Positions 18,462 to 26,595 of a stretch of 61,426 bases of DNA are shown here, one piece after another; positions within the stretch are counted from its first letter, which is position 1; each line of letters opens with the position of its first letter. The notes beneath the pieces were generated by a model, which had not been told where the DNA came from, did no database searches, and saw only the letters and a program-made list of their open reading frames with translations. Made by a program: the position numbers and the translations under genes. The stretch spans positions 1 to 61,426 of the forward strand of contig JACPQN010000139.1 of the NCBI GenBank assembly GCA_016190485.1. Direction: 5' to 3'. Origin of the DNA: Chloroflexota bacterium (GTDB lineage Bacteria > Chloroflexota > Dehalococcoidia > SHYD01).

Positions 18462-18617
18462 CTACTCTTTGGCCTCGGCTTCTTTTGGGGTGCGCCGGGC
18501 CTTGCGAACTTCCTCTACCTCGACGCTCTCCTCCACCACCACTTTGGTGAGGAGTTGCTTCTTGGCGTCCTTCTTGGGTTTCTTGGTTTCCCGGCTGCGG
18601 TAGTCTCTGCTGCCCAC
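18462..18617 (-). CDS. Small Lys/Glu-rich protein (51 aa), absent from the ORF track
   Basis: GTG at 18617, 6 nt after a strong GGAGG (mRNA CAGGAGGTGAATCGTG). My translation: VGSRDYRSRETKKPKKDAKKQLLTKVVVEESVEVEEVRKARRTPKEAEAKE, stop TAG at 18462-18464. Same strand as the flanking genes. Confidence 0.5.
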   Translation of the reverse strand: MGSRDYRSRETKKPKKDAKKQLLTKVVVEESVEVEEVRKARRTPKEAEAKE

Positions 18618-18758
18618 GATTCACCTCCTGCCACGCTTTCCGGCAGTCGATGCTGACTCTTAAGCCAGTCTAGCAGACCCGGTTGGGGCGCGCAAAGAGC
18701 GCAGTCATGGGAGCGCTCATGAAGGGAGAAGGAGGTTTGGGAGTGTTATCAACCACCC

Positions 18759-19997
18759 TCAGTCAGCGGGGGCGCTGGTCTGGGCCCGCGTCTGTTGCGC
18801 AGTCAGAACGTCCTTGCGCTGGCGGGCGGCCAGCCACCGGGCCTTCTGCTCAGCCCGCACTTCGGGGTCGCTCTCCTGGTACCCGGCCACAAAGGTGTGA
18901 TAGAGCTCTTCGAAGGTCCCCGCCACAATGGCCGCGCGCGCCCGCTCCATGAGCCGCACCATGAAGCGCAGGTTGTGGACGCTGGCGAGCTGGTAGGCCA
19001 GCAGCTCCTGGCTCACGAAGAGGTGGTGCAGGTAGGCCGCAGAAAAGGTGGAGCACGTCGCGCAGTCGCAGTCGGGCAGCACCGGCCCTGCCTCGTCCCG
19101 GAAGCGGGCGTTGCGGATGTTGACGCGGCCTTCGGGGGTCAGCAGGGCGCCGTTGCGGGCGATGCGCGTGGGGAAGGAGCAATCGAACATGTCGATGCCC
19201 CTGACCACGCCCTCCAGCAGATCGACCGGAGACCCCATGCCCATCAGGTAGCGGGGCTTCTCCGGCGGCAGCAGCGGCGCCACGATGTCCACCATCGCCC
19301 AGGTGCGCTCCTTGGGCTCCCCCAGGCTCAGCCCGCCGATGGCGTAGCCGGGGAAGCCCATCTGCACCAGGGTCTGGGCCGACCAGCGCCGCAGGTCCGG
19401 CTCCAGCCCGCCCTGGACGATGCCGAAGAGGGCCTGCCCGCCTGGGCGGGCCTGGTCGGGCCGGCGGTGCGCCGCCAGACAGCGTTCCGCCCAGCGGTGG
19501 GTCAGCTCCGTGGCCGCACGGGTCTCCTCGTAGCTGCTGGGATAGGGCGCCGGCTGGTCCAGCGCCATCGCGATGTCCGCGCCCAGGGCCTCTTCCACCT
19601 CCATCACCACCTCCGGGCTGAGGAAGTGCTGGCTGCCGTCCAGGTGGGAGCGGAAGAGGACGCCCTCCTCCGTCACCTTGCGGATATGGGCCAGGCTGAA
19701 GACCTGGAAGCCGCCGCTGTCGGTGAGCATGGGGCCGTCCCAGCCGGTGAAGCGGTGCAGCCCACCCAGGCGAGCGATGGTCTCGTGGCTTGGGCGCAGG
19801 TAGAGATGGTAGGCGTTCCCCAGGACTATCTGGGCGCCCAGTTCCCGCAAGTCCCGGGGCGCCACGGCCTTCACTGTCCCTTGCGTGCCCACGGGCATGA
19901 AGACCGGGGTGAGGACCTCCCCGTGGGGGGTCGACAGGCGTCCGGCGCGGGCGCGGGAGTCGGGGTCGGTGGAGTCAAGGGTGAAGGAGAAACTCAC
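18759..19997 (-). CDS. tgt: tRNA-guanine transglycosylase (queuine tRNA-ribosyltransferase)
   Basis: FMPVGTQGTVKA, LGNAYHL, DMFDCSFPTRIARNG and zinc motif CDCATCSTFSAAYLHHL. The GTG start overlaps the upstream stop (GTGA). Confidence 0.92.
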   Translation of the reverse strand: MSFSFTLDSTDPDSRARAGRLSTPHGEVLTPVFMPVGTQGTVKAVAPRDLRELGAQIVLGNAYHLYLRPSHETIARLGGLHRFTGWDGPMLTDSGGFQVFSLAHIRKVTEEGVLFRSHLDGSQHFLSPEVVMEVEEALGADIAMALDQPAPYPSSYEETRAATELTHRWAERCLAAHRRPDQARPGGQALFGIVQGGLEPDLRRWSAQTLVQMGFPGYAIGGLSLGEPKERTWAMVDIVAPLLPPEKPRYLMGMGSPVDLLEGVVRGIDMFDCSFPTRIARNGALLTPEGRVNIRNARFRDEAGPVLPDCDCATCSTFSAAYLHHLFVSQELLAYQLASVHNLRFMVRLMERARAAIVAGTFEELYHTFVAGYQESDPEVRAEQKARWLAARQRKDVLTAQQTRAQTSAPAD

Positions 19998-20302
19998 TTT
20001 TGGTTATTCCGCTGGCCCGGCGACGAAGACTCCAACTCTTGGAGGCGCTCGAGGATCCACATGCGCGCCAGGGTCGTCGGCCCTATGCCCTTCTTATGCG
20101 CCAGCGCCCGAAGCCTGGCCAAGGTCCGAGAGTCCAGGCGAAGGGTAAGGCCCTCCGAAAGGTTCTTGGCAAAGCGGACTTTGACCGTCTTGAACTCGTC
20201 CTGGTAGTCTGCCATATCGTGGGTGTCAAACCACTCAGCTTCCTCTTCCCTGCTCTTAAACTCAGGGATGCGGCTCTTCTGAGGACCCAGTTCTCCGGTC
20301 AT
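19994..20302 (-). CDS. BrnA/CopG-type antitoxin-like protein (copy 1)
   Basis: IPEFKSREEEAEWFDTHDMADYQDEFKTVKVRFAKNLSEGLTLRLD...ARMWILERL. Clear paralog of 21635-21937. The ATG at 20302 overlaps the stop of the upstream ORF (ATGA). The ORF-track start at 20389 would overlap that ORF by 91 nt. Confidence 0.75.
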   Translation of the reverse strand: MTGELGPQKSRIPEFKSREEEAEWFDTHDMADYQDEFKTVKVRFAKNLSEGLTLRLDSRTLARLRALAHKKGIGPTTLARMWILERLQELESSSPGQRNNQK

Positions 20303-21000
20303 TGCGACTCTTCTCCTTCTCCCGACGGGAGACCTCGCGCTGGGCGGCGACGCCGACGGCCGTTCAGGAGCTTCGGTATTTTCTTCCATGTCGCCTGGGC
20401 AGCACGCGGATTCCGGGTGGCAACAGCGTCGGCATAGTCTACGTTCTGAATGTTGCCGATTCGTCGCCTCGCCTTTGAGCCTAGGGCCACAATCACTCTG
20501 TCTTTAAGCAGCTCAAGCTGTGGCGCTAAGTAGTCGGCATAGCAGGCCCTTTCCGACATGCGGGGCACGGAGCCTGCGACCGTGGGTGCCGAGCAAAGGT
20601 AACTCTCGGTGATCCAAACCCGCTTGAGCTGCTCATAGAGTGGGAGACGCGGCCAGCATATGTCGAGGATATAGCGAAGGTTGCGATGGTATGATATATA
20701 CGGTGGGTTAAAGTGGCCAAATGCATCTCGGCAGACCTGCTCCAAGGTATCAGTCCGGCGACGGAACAATCGATAGTTTGTCCCAGAGCGTGGATTCGCC
20801 GGCTCTACCACAATCAAGACCAATTCAATGTCGGCAAGCTCCCCGAAACCGCCGATGAAGCCCCGTGGCAGATGCCCTTGCTTGGGCAGACATCGGGCAG
20901 CGCCATTGCAAGCGGCCTGGAATTGAGGGCATGGATTGAACGCAGGCAGCAATATGTTACTCAGTTCTTTGCAAGGAGAAAATCGCGGCCGAGCGCTCAT
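20299..21000 (-). CDS. Divergent uracil-DNA-glycosylase-superfamily (family 4/5-like) protein with non-canonical motifs
   Basis: ATG 7 nt after AAGGAG. The layout follows family-4 UDG: GELADIELVLIVVEPANP where GEAPG is expected, VWITESYLCSAP, ERACYADYLAPQLELLKDRVIVALGSKA, and ADAVATRNP where HPS..LRNP is expected. Four Cys are placed like the family-4 Fe-S ligands. The fold assignment is by eye. Confidence 0.7.
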   Translation of the reverse strand: MSARPRFSPCKELSNILLPAFNPCPQFQAACNGAARCLPKQGHLPRGFIGGFGELADIELVLIVVEPANPRSGTNYRLFRRRTDTLEQVCRDAFGHFNPPYISYHRNLRYILDICWPRLPLYEQLKRVWITESYLCSAPTVAGSVPRMSERACYADYLAPQLELLKDRVIVALGSKARRRIGNIQNVDYADAVATRNPRAAQATWKKIPKLLNGRRRRRPARGLPSGEGEESQ

Positions 21001-21108
21001 AGATTGGCTCCTTTCGTTAGGTTCAGGAACTTGTCATTGCTGGAAGGCGATGCTGTCCCTTCGTCCCGTGGCCGAGTGTGCCCACGCCAGACGTATTGTA
21101 CTCATCTG

Positions 21109-21429
21109 TCACCCTGAGCGAAGCGAAGGGTCTGGCGGCGGGGACGCCCAATTGGCCGCCAAGTCCCGCCAGTCCGGATTCAATTGCTCGATCAACCCGA
21201 GCTTCTTAGCACGTGTCCAGCCTTTGATCTGCTTCTCGCGCTCCAGCGCGGCACGAATATCAGTGGTAGACTCGTAGTAGACCAAGTGACGCACGTTGTA
21301 ACGCCGAGTAAAACCGAGTGTCGCTCCAACCCTGTGCTCATGGAGCCTGCGTTCCAGATTGTTGGTGACGCCGGTGTACAAGACCGTGAATCTGGGATTC
21401 GTCAGGATATAGACGTAGTACTCGGCCAC
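21109..21429 (-). CDS. GIY-YIG nuclease family protein (UPF0213-like)
   Basis: YYVYILTNPRFTVLYTGVTNNLERRLHEH...REKQIKGWTRAKK. The last residues (PPPDPSLRSG) are encoded by a REP-1 unit at 21108-21132. Confidence 0.85.
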   Translation of the reverse strand: MAEYYVYILTNPRFTVLYTGVTNNLERRLHEHRVGATLGFTRRYNVRHLVYYESTTDIRAALEREKQIKGWTRAKKLGLIEQLNPDWRDLAANWASPPPDPSLRSG

Positions 21430-21634
21430 CTCAACATCACCCCACCAGATGCTTCACTTCGTTCAGCATGACATCGGTGACTCTTTTCTGCCCCGGCACG
21501 CCAGATGGACATCGGCAGGGCATTAAGGCGCCGCCAACTCCCGCAGCGCCCTTCGGCCACCTCAGCGGGCACGTCGTCCCGCAGGGTGGCCTTTCAGGCC
21601 CGCAGAACTGCTTCTGAACAACCCTCGCCTCGGT

Positions 21635-21937
21635 TTACGACTTCTTGGTAGAGGCGGAACGGCCTTCCGGTTCAGCCAGCCGCTCCCGGACCCACAGGTG
21701 GACCAGACTCGCAACAGGTATTTTCTTTTCCCCGGCTAGTTTCTTCAGCTTGGCCATGGTCTCGTGGTCGAAGCGAAGCGTTAGCCCCGCCGTAAGGTTT
21801 TTGGCGAAGCGCACTTTGACCGGCTTGAACTCATCCTCATAGTCGGTAGTATCGTGGGTGTCCCAAAACTCCGCTTCTTCTTCGATGCTCTTAAACTCAG
21901 GGATACTGCCCTTTATCTTCTCTTTCTTGGCTGTCAT
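21635..21937 (-). CDS. brnA: BrnA/CopG-type antitoxin (copy 2)
   Basis: IPEFKSIEEEAEFWDTHDTTDYEDEFKPVKVRFAKNLTAGLTLRFD. Its start overlaps the stop of the BrnT-like ORF. Confidence 0.8.
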   Translation of the reverse strand: MTAKKEKIKGSIPEFKSIEEEAEFWDTHDTTDYEDEFKPVKVRFAKNLTAGLTLRFDHETMAKLKKLAGEKKIPVASLVHLWVRERLAEPEGRSASTKKS

Positions 21938-22217
21938 GGCGCTTCACCTCCATGAACCTCTTGATATCTGCGGCGCTCCTTGCGGCTCGCTGGCCGAGCC
22001 GTCACTGGATAGTACACATCCTGTCCCTGTGGAGCAAGGATAACTGTGAGCATCCTCCCTGCCAGGGTCGGTCCGACGACACGAACTCGCTCTTTATTGG
22101 TCTCGCTCGTCATCGGACTACCCCCGCACACCTCTTCCACCTCCTCAGCGGGGACGCCATGGCGGGCGGTGTGGGCTCATTCCAGGCATCCCAGACGAGG
22201 CGGCGAACATACAGCAT
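21934..22217 (-). pseudogene. brnT: BrnT-like toxin gene with an apparent 1-nt frameshift near 22165-22180
   Basis: The downstream frame gives ..ARHGVPAEEVEEV...ERVRVVGPTLAGRMLTVILAP...ARPASRKERRRYQE. The N-terminal MLYVRRLVWDAWNE (ATG at 22217) is in another frame, and an in-frame TGA (22177-22179) blocks the downstream frame. The total span is 284 nt, not a multiple of 3. Confidence 0.6.
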
Positions 22218-22293
22218 ACCTCAGGAGATTGTAGCACGATGGGTTACAGGAGGGAGAATCAGAGGCCATGCTAGGGTCAAGAAGGAAAGGGAA

Positions 22294-24021
22294 TTATGCT
22301 TCCGCCAGCTCCCGCAGCGTCTCTTCCACCAGCGCCGCCGGCACGTCGTCCCGGAGGACGGGCTCGCCCAGGCGGGCCAGGAGCACCCAGCGCTGCTGCT
22401 GGTCCCGCACCTTCTTGTCCAGGGCCATGGCCGCTCGAACGGCCTCCAGGTCGACACCGGGGCAGCGGGTGGGCAAACCGAAACGCTGAAGAAGCGCGCG
22501 CTGTCGCTCCATCTCTTCCTCGCTGAGCAGGCCCATGCCCTGGCTGATGCGGGCGGCGCCCATCATGCCCACGGCCACCGCCTCGCCGTGGAGGAAGCCT
22601 CCGTACTCGGTGGCCGCCTCCAGCCCGTGGCCGATGGTGTGGCCATAGTTGAGGAGGGCCCGCAGGCCGGTCTCCCGCTCGTCCTGGCTCACCACCTCGG
22701 CCTTGATGGCCGCGCTGGCGGCCACCACCCGGGCGGTGATGCCCGGCTGGAGGGCCGTGAGCTGCTCGGCGTTGCCCTCCATGGCCTCCAGGAGGGGGAG
22801 GTCCCGGATCAGCGCGTGTTTCAGCACCTCGGCCCAGCCCTCCGTCAGCTCCCGCTGGCCCAGGGTCTTCAGCAGGTTGATATCGGCCAGCACTAGCCTG
22901 GGCTGGTAGAAGGAGCCCACGAGGTTCTTGGCCTCCCGGCGGTTGACCCCGGTCTTGCCGCCGATGCTGGCGTCGACCATGGCCAGGAGGGTGGTGGGCG
23001 CCTGCACGTAAGGCATGCCCCGCAGGTAGGTGGCGGCCACGAAGCCTGCCAGGTCGCCCACCACGCCGCCGCCCAGGGCCACGATCACGTGGCCCCGCTC
23101 GGCCCGCTGGGACACCAGCCAGTCGTAGAGGGCCAGGGCGGTCTCCAGCGACTTACTGGCCTCCCCCGCGGGGATCACGTAGCTGGATACCGAGAACTCT
23201 CCCCGGCGCAGCAGCTCCTCGACCCGCCCGCCGTGGTGGGCGTACACCCGGTCGTCGGAGACCAGGTATGTAGTCCCCTTCAACCCCAGGTTGCTCATGC
23301 GGGAAGCCAGGGTGTTCAGCGCGCCGGCGCCCACGAAGATCGGGTAGCTGCCGCCCGCGGTGGCCACCACGGCGGCCGCCCCGCCTGAGGCGGGCGGCAG
23401 GCCGCCGGTGTGCGGGCCGTGGGGAGCCTCGGCCGGCTCCTCCAGGTCGGGCACGCCCAGGCTGGGCGAGCCCAGGCGGCCCCGGAGCCGTCCGTAGGCC
23501 CTCAAGACCTCCTCCGCCACCTCCTCCACCGTCAGCGCATCGGTGGGGACCACCCAGTCAGCCACAGCGGAGTAGTAAGGCAGCCGCTGCTCCTTGAGGA
23601 CGGTGATGCGCTCCAGGGCGTCGGGCCCCTGGAGCAGCGGGCGTACCTCTGGCTGGGGGTTCTCCTCCTGGTCCCGCAGCAGCCGCTGGTAGATGGCGCT
23701 GGGGTGGGCATCGAGCCAGACCACCACGCCAGCGCCGGCCATCATGGCCCGGTTGCCGGCGTCCAGCACGGCGCCGCCGCCGGTGGCGATGACGGCGCGC
23801 CCCTGGCCGCAGGCGAGGCCCAGGCTCTGGCTCTCCAGGCCCCGGAAGCGGGCCTCGCCCCACTCGGAGAAGATCTCGGGGATGGGCTTGCCCCCCGCCA
23901 GGGCCACGGCCCGGTCGTCGGTATCCACGAAGGGCCAGCCCAGGCGGCGCGCGATCTCCCGCCCCACCACCGACTTGCCGGTGTAGGAGAGACCCACGAG
24001 GATCAGGGCTGTTTTTTGCAT
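22294..24021 (-). CDS. aroKB: Bifunctional shikimate kinase / 3-dehydroquinate synthase fusion
   Basis: N-terminal LVGLSYTGKSVVGREIARRLGWPFVDTDD (AroK). C-terminal GGGVVGDLAGFVAATYLRGMPYVQAPTTLLAMVDASIGGKTGVN (AroB). Confidence 0.92.
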   Translation of the reverse strand: MQKTALILVGLSYTGKSVVGREIARRLGWPFVDTDDRAVALAGGKPIPEIFSEWGEARFRGLESQSLGLACGQGRAVIATGGGAVLDAGNRAMMAGAGVVVWLDAHPSAIYQRLLRDQEENPQPEVRPLLQGPDALERITVLKEQRLPYYSAVADWVVPTDALTVEEVAEEVLRAYGRLRGRLGSPSLGVPDLEEPAEAPHGPHTGGLPPASGGAAAVVATAGGSYPIFVGAGALNTLASRMSNLGLKGTTYLVSDDRVYAHHGGRVEELLRRGEFSVSSYVIPAGEASKSLETALALYDWLVSQRAERGHVIVALGGGVVGDLAGFVAATYLRGMPYVQAPTTLLAMVDASIGGKTGVNRREAKNLVGSFYQPRLVLADINLLKTLGQRELTEGWAEVLKHALIRDLPLLEAMEGNAEQLTALQPGITARVVAASAAIKAEVVSQDERETGLRALLNYGHTIGHGLEAATEYGGFLHGEAVAVGMMGAARISQGMGLLSEEEMERQRALLQRFGLPTRCPGVDLEAVRAAMALDKKVRDQQQRWVLLARLGEPVLRDDVPAALVEETLRELAEA

Positions 24022-24081
24022 GGGTCTATCTCTGTTTGGGGCCGTCGCAGCGTTGCTTTCGAAAGACTCAAAGAACCGTTG

Positions 24082-24906
24082 TTACCTGGCCGGCTGAGGC
24101 ACGCGGTCCAGGAAGTCCAGGATGAATTTGCGTGTCAGCTCGGGCTCATTCTGCGTGAGGCCGTGGACGGCGCCGGGGATGATGTGGATCTCGGAGCCTG
24201 CGATGCCGCGGTGCAGGTCGTTTGCGCAGCGAACGGGAATGGTCGTATCGGCGCTGCCGTGATCGATGAGGGTCGGAACCCTGATCTCGCCTAGGCGCTT
24301 GTCGATGGAGTCACCGATGTCCAGATAGGCCTGTATGGTCCGATTGATGCCGTCGAAACGTTCCAGCCGGATGTTGTAGAGAGTTTGGAACTGCTCCGGC
24401 CGCTCGACTTTGAGGTAGGGCTGCCGGAAGAGCAGCGCCTGCTCGGCGGCAGCCTCCCGCCCATGCAGACGCTCGACTTCGATGGCAGCGTCAAGTTCCT
24501 CTTGCCGTGCCTGTCGTTCCGGCGCGGAGCCATAGGTCATGGTGTTGACGAGATGAAGAGTCTTGACGAGTTCCGGATGATCCAGAGCCAGGGTAAGGGC
24601 AATGGGGCCGCCAGCCGAGCTGCCCATGACGTGGGCGCGGTCGATGCTCAGGTGTCGGAGTAGTGATACCACGTCCTCGGCAAATACCTTCATCGAATAG
24701 CCGTCGGGCGGGCTCTCAGAGCGGCCTGCAGTGCGGCGATCGAAGATGATGAACCGGAAGTGGTCTGCCATGGCGGCGGCATGCTGCGCGGAGAAGCCGG
24801 CGCTGCCTTCACCGCCGCCCAGGGAGCCGTGGATCCACACGAAAGGGTCGCCTGCGCCGTGGACTTCGTAATACATATGGTAGCCGTTGATCATCTCAGT
24901 GGGCAT
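24082..24906 (-). CDS. Alpha/beta-fold hydrolase
   Basis: Nucleophile elbow HVMGSSAGGPIAL. 274 aa. Confidence 0.8.
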   Translation of the reverse strand: MPTEMINGYHMYYEVHGAGDPFVWIHGSLGGGEGSAGFSAQHAAAMADHFRFIIFDRRTAGRSESPPDGYSMKVFAEDVVSLLRHLSIDRAHVMGSSAGGPIALTLALDHPELVKTLHLVNTMTYGSAPERQARQEELDAAIEVERLHGREAAAEQALLFRQPYLKVERPEQFQTLYNIRLERFDGINRTIQAYLDIGDSIDKRLGEIRVPTLIDHGSADTTIPVRCANDLHRGIAGSEIHIIPGAVHGLTQNEPELTRKFILDFLDRVPQPAR

Positions 24907-24946
24907 GTGAGCATCCTTTCGCCTGAGTGGTTCCCAGCGAATGTTA

Positions 24947-25669
24947 CTATGCGCGGCAAGTGATGAACTGCCTCCTCACATCCTCCGGCATCTTCTCCAG
25001 CGCGTAGCGCACCAGGGTGCGCCCTGCCGCGGGATACTTCTTGAGGTATTCTACCACCTCGTCCTGATGGGAGATGGAGAAGTCTCTCAGGATCCAGCCC
25101 GCGCCCTTCTGCACCATGTCGTCCTTGTCCAGCATCAGCGGATCGGTGACCGCGAAGACCTGGGCTGGCGACACCCTGCCGTGCCGCACGGGTATGACCA
25201 GAGAGACGCAGGCCGCACGGCGGCGCCAGCGGCTGGCGCCCGCCGTCCAGGGCACCAGGCGCCCTGCCAGCGCTGGGTGGCGCTCAAGCAGAGCGCCTAT
25301 GACGTGGACCGAGACGCCATCGGTGACCGCCCAGTTAGAGAAGTGGTCCACCCAGCGGTCCAGGATGGGGAAATGCTCGGGGTCGAGGAGCTTCACGAAG
25401 GGCTCCATCAGGGTCTCCACCGCCAGCCCCTCCTCCAGGCCGCCCGTGGCCAGGAGGCGCTGGCATAGCGCGAGGACGTCCTCCAGTCCTGCCTCCTTCT
25501 TGAGCCGGGGCCGGTAGGCCTTGGCCAGCGCCCGCACCTGGGGGACAGGCAGGCCGTAGGTGGCGATAGGCTCCTTGAAGTAGCGCTTTTGAGCGCTGGC
25601 GCGGGCAGGGTCGGCATGCGCGCGGAGGGCACTCTGGAGGCCGGCAAGTATCTGGTCAGCTAGCGACAC
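24947..25669 (-). CDS. DNA alkylation repair protein (AlkD/AlkC-like HEAT-repeat glycosylase family)
   Basis: ADPARASAQKRYFKEPIATYGLPVPQVRALAK is a family-typical N-terminus. 240 aa. Confidence 0.75.
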   Translation of the reverse strand: MSLADQILAGLQSALRAHADPARASAQKRYFKEPIATYGLPVPQVRALAKAYRPRLKKEAGLEDVLALCQRLLATGGLEEGLAVETLMEPFVKLLDPEHFPILDRWVDHFSNWAVTDGVSVHVIGALLERHPALAGRLVPWTAGASRWRRRAACVSLVIPVRHGRVSPAQVFAVTDPLMLDKDDMVQKGAGWILRDFSISHQDEVVEYLKKYPAAGRTLVRYALEKMPEDVRRQFITCRA

Positions 25670-25697
25670 GCGCAGATCACTGACTCCAGAGGCGGCC

Positions 25698-26360
25698 CTA
25701 CTGGAGGCCGATGGCTTTCTTGATCTCGACGACCCCTTTTTGCTTTGCGTCCTCCGCCAGCTCTTTCACGGTGGTGGAAGCCGAGGAGTCGGCCTGGATC
25801 TGCGAGAGCTTCTCCCAGATCACGTTCAGAGAATCAACGATGCTTGGCATGTCCGTGGCCTCCTCCGGCGCCTCAGTTTGCAGCAGCTTCTCCCAGGAAA
25901 AGAGCGGGCCGGGGTCCGTCTTCTGGCTGTTGATCTCGCTGTGGGCCACCAGATGCTCCCGGTCCAGCGGAAATCCATACGTTGCGCTCCACTCTTGCAG
26001 CAGGCCGCGCAGCGCAGCGTATTGCTCGTCAGAGTAAGGGTCGTTGATGGTGGGCTCGGTGAGCTCCACCCCCAGCCACTCAGCGTTGTGGTCGGTGGCG
26101 TGCCAGGCGATGAGGGCGTCGTCCACAACGATGGCGCCGTCGCCATCATGGCCGATGACCCGGTGGGCGGAGACCTGGGAGCCGGAGCTGGCGAACCAGT
26201 TTAGCGTCGCCATGTACTCGGTTTCCTGCGACGGCGCGCCGCCCCGGGTGCTGTGGATGACGACGCCTAAGGTTCGCCTGCGAGGGCCGCTGTGATTGGG
26301 GGAGTTGCGGGATTCCCAGGACATTAGTGGTGAGCCTGTCGAACCATGGGTGGTTGTCAT
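25698..26360 (-). CDS. N-acetylmuramoyl-L-alanine amidase (Amidase_2/PGRP type), endolysin-like, no signal peptide
   Basis: GVVIHSTRGG, AWHATDHNAEWLGVEL and LVAHSEINSQKTDPGP. Confidence 0.8.
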   Translation of the reverse strand: MTTTHGSTGSPLMSWESRNSPNHSGPRRRTLGVVIHSTRGGAPSQETEYMATLNWFASSGSQVSAHRVIGHDGDGAIVVDDALIAWHATDHNAEWLGVELTEPTINDPYSDEQYAALRGLLQEWSATYGFPLDREHLVAHSEINSQKTDPGPLFSWEKLLQTEAPEEATDMPSIVDSLNVIWEKLSQIQADSSASTTVKELAEDAKQKGVVEIKKAIGLQ

Positions 26361-26407
26361 CCTTTCGTTTCAGATTCAGAGACCGGTTCTGGATGGCTTC
26401 CATCGCT

Positions 26408-26572
26408 CTAGGCAGCAGGGGAAAATACTAGGCTCACCAGCATCAGAACGAAGCCTATTGCAAGCGCCGCTAAGGGTCCCCGTAGCGGCTTTCTGCTCAT
26501 CAATCTGGCAAGAACCAATCCCAGGCTGCCAAAAAAGAGCATGAAACCGAGAGAGAAAGGTGAGAATCCCAT
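26408..26572 (-). CDS. Small two-TM membrane protein (54 aa), holin-like by position; absent from the ORF track
   Basis: My translation: MGFSPFSLGFMLFFGSLGLVLARLMSRKPLRGPLAALAIGFVLMLVSLVFSPAA. Two hydrophobic helices separated by a basic loop. Ends 47 nt upstream of the amidase start on the same strand. Confidence 0.45.
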   Translation of the reverse strand: MGFSPFSLGFMLFFGSLGLVLARLMSRKPLRGPLAALAIGFVLMLVSLVFSPAA

Positions 26573-26595
26573 AGGTTTCGGCTACATAGCCCCCA

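Noticed and set aside
18795-20207. Long antisense ORFs opposite real genes: 470 aa opposite tgt, and also 43135-44277, 57695-59299, 31549-32511, 40818-42161, 44747-46360 and 27569-28690.
   Set aside because: They are typical high-GC shadow ORFs with Arg/Gly/His/Pro/Ala-rich, low-complexity translations and no motifs. In each case the opposite strand carries a gene with clear family signatures.
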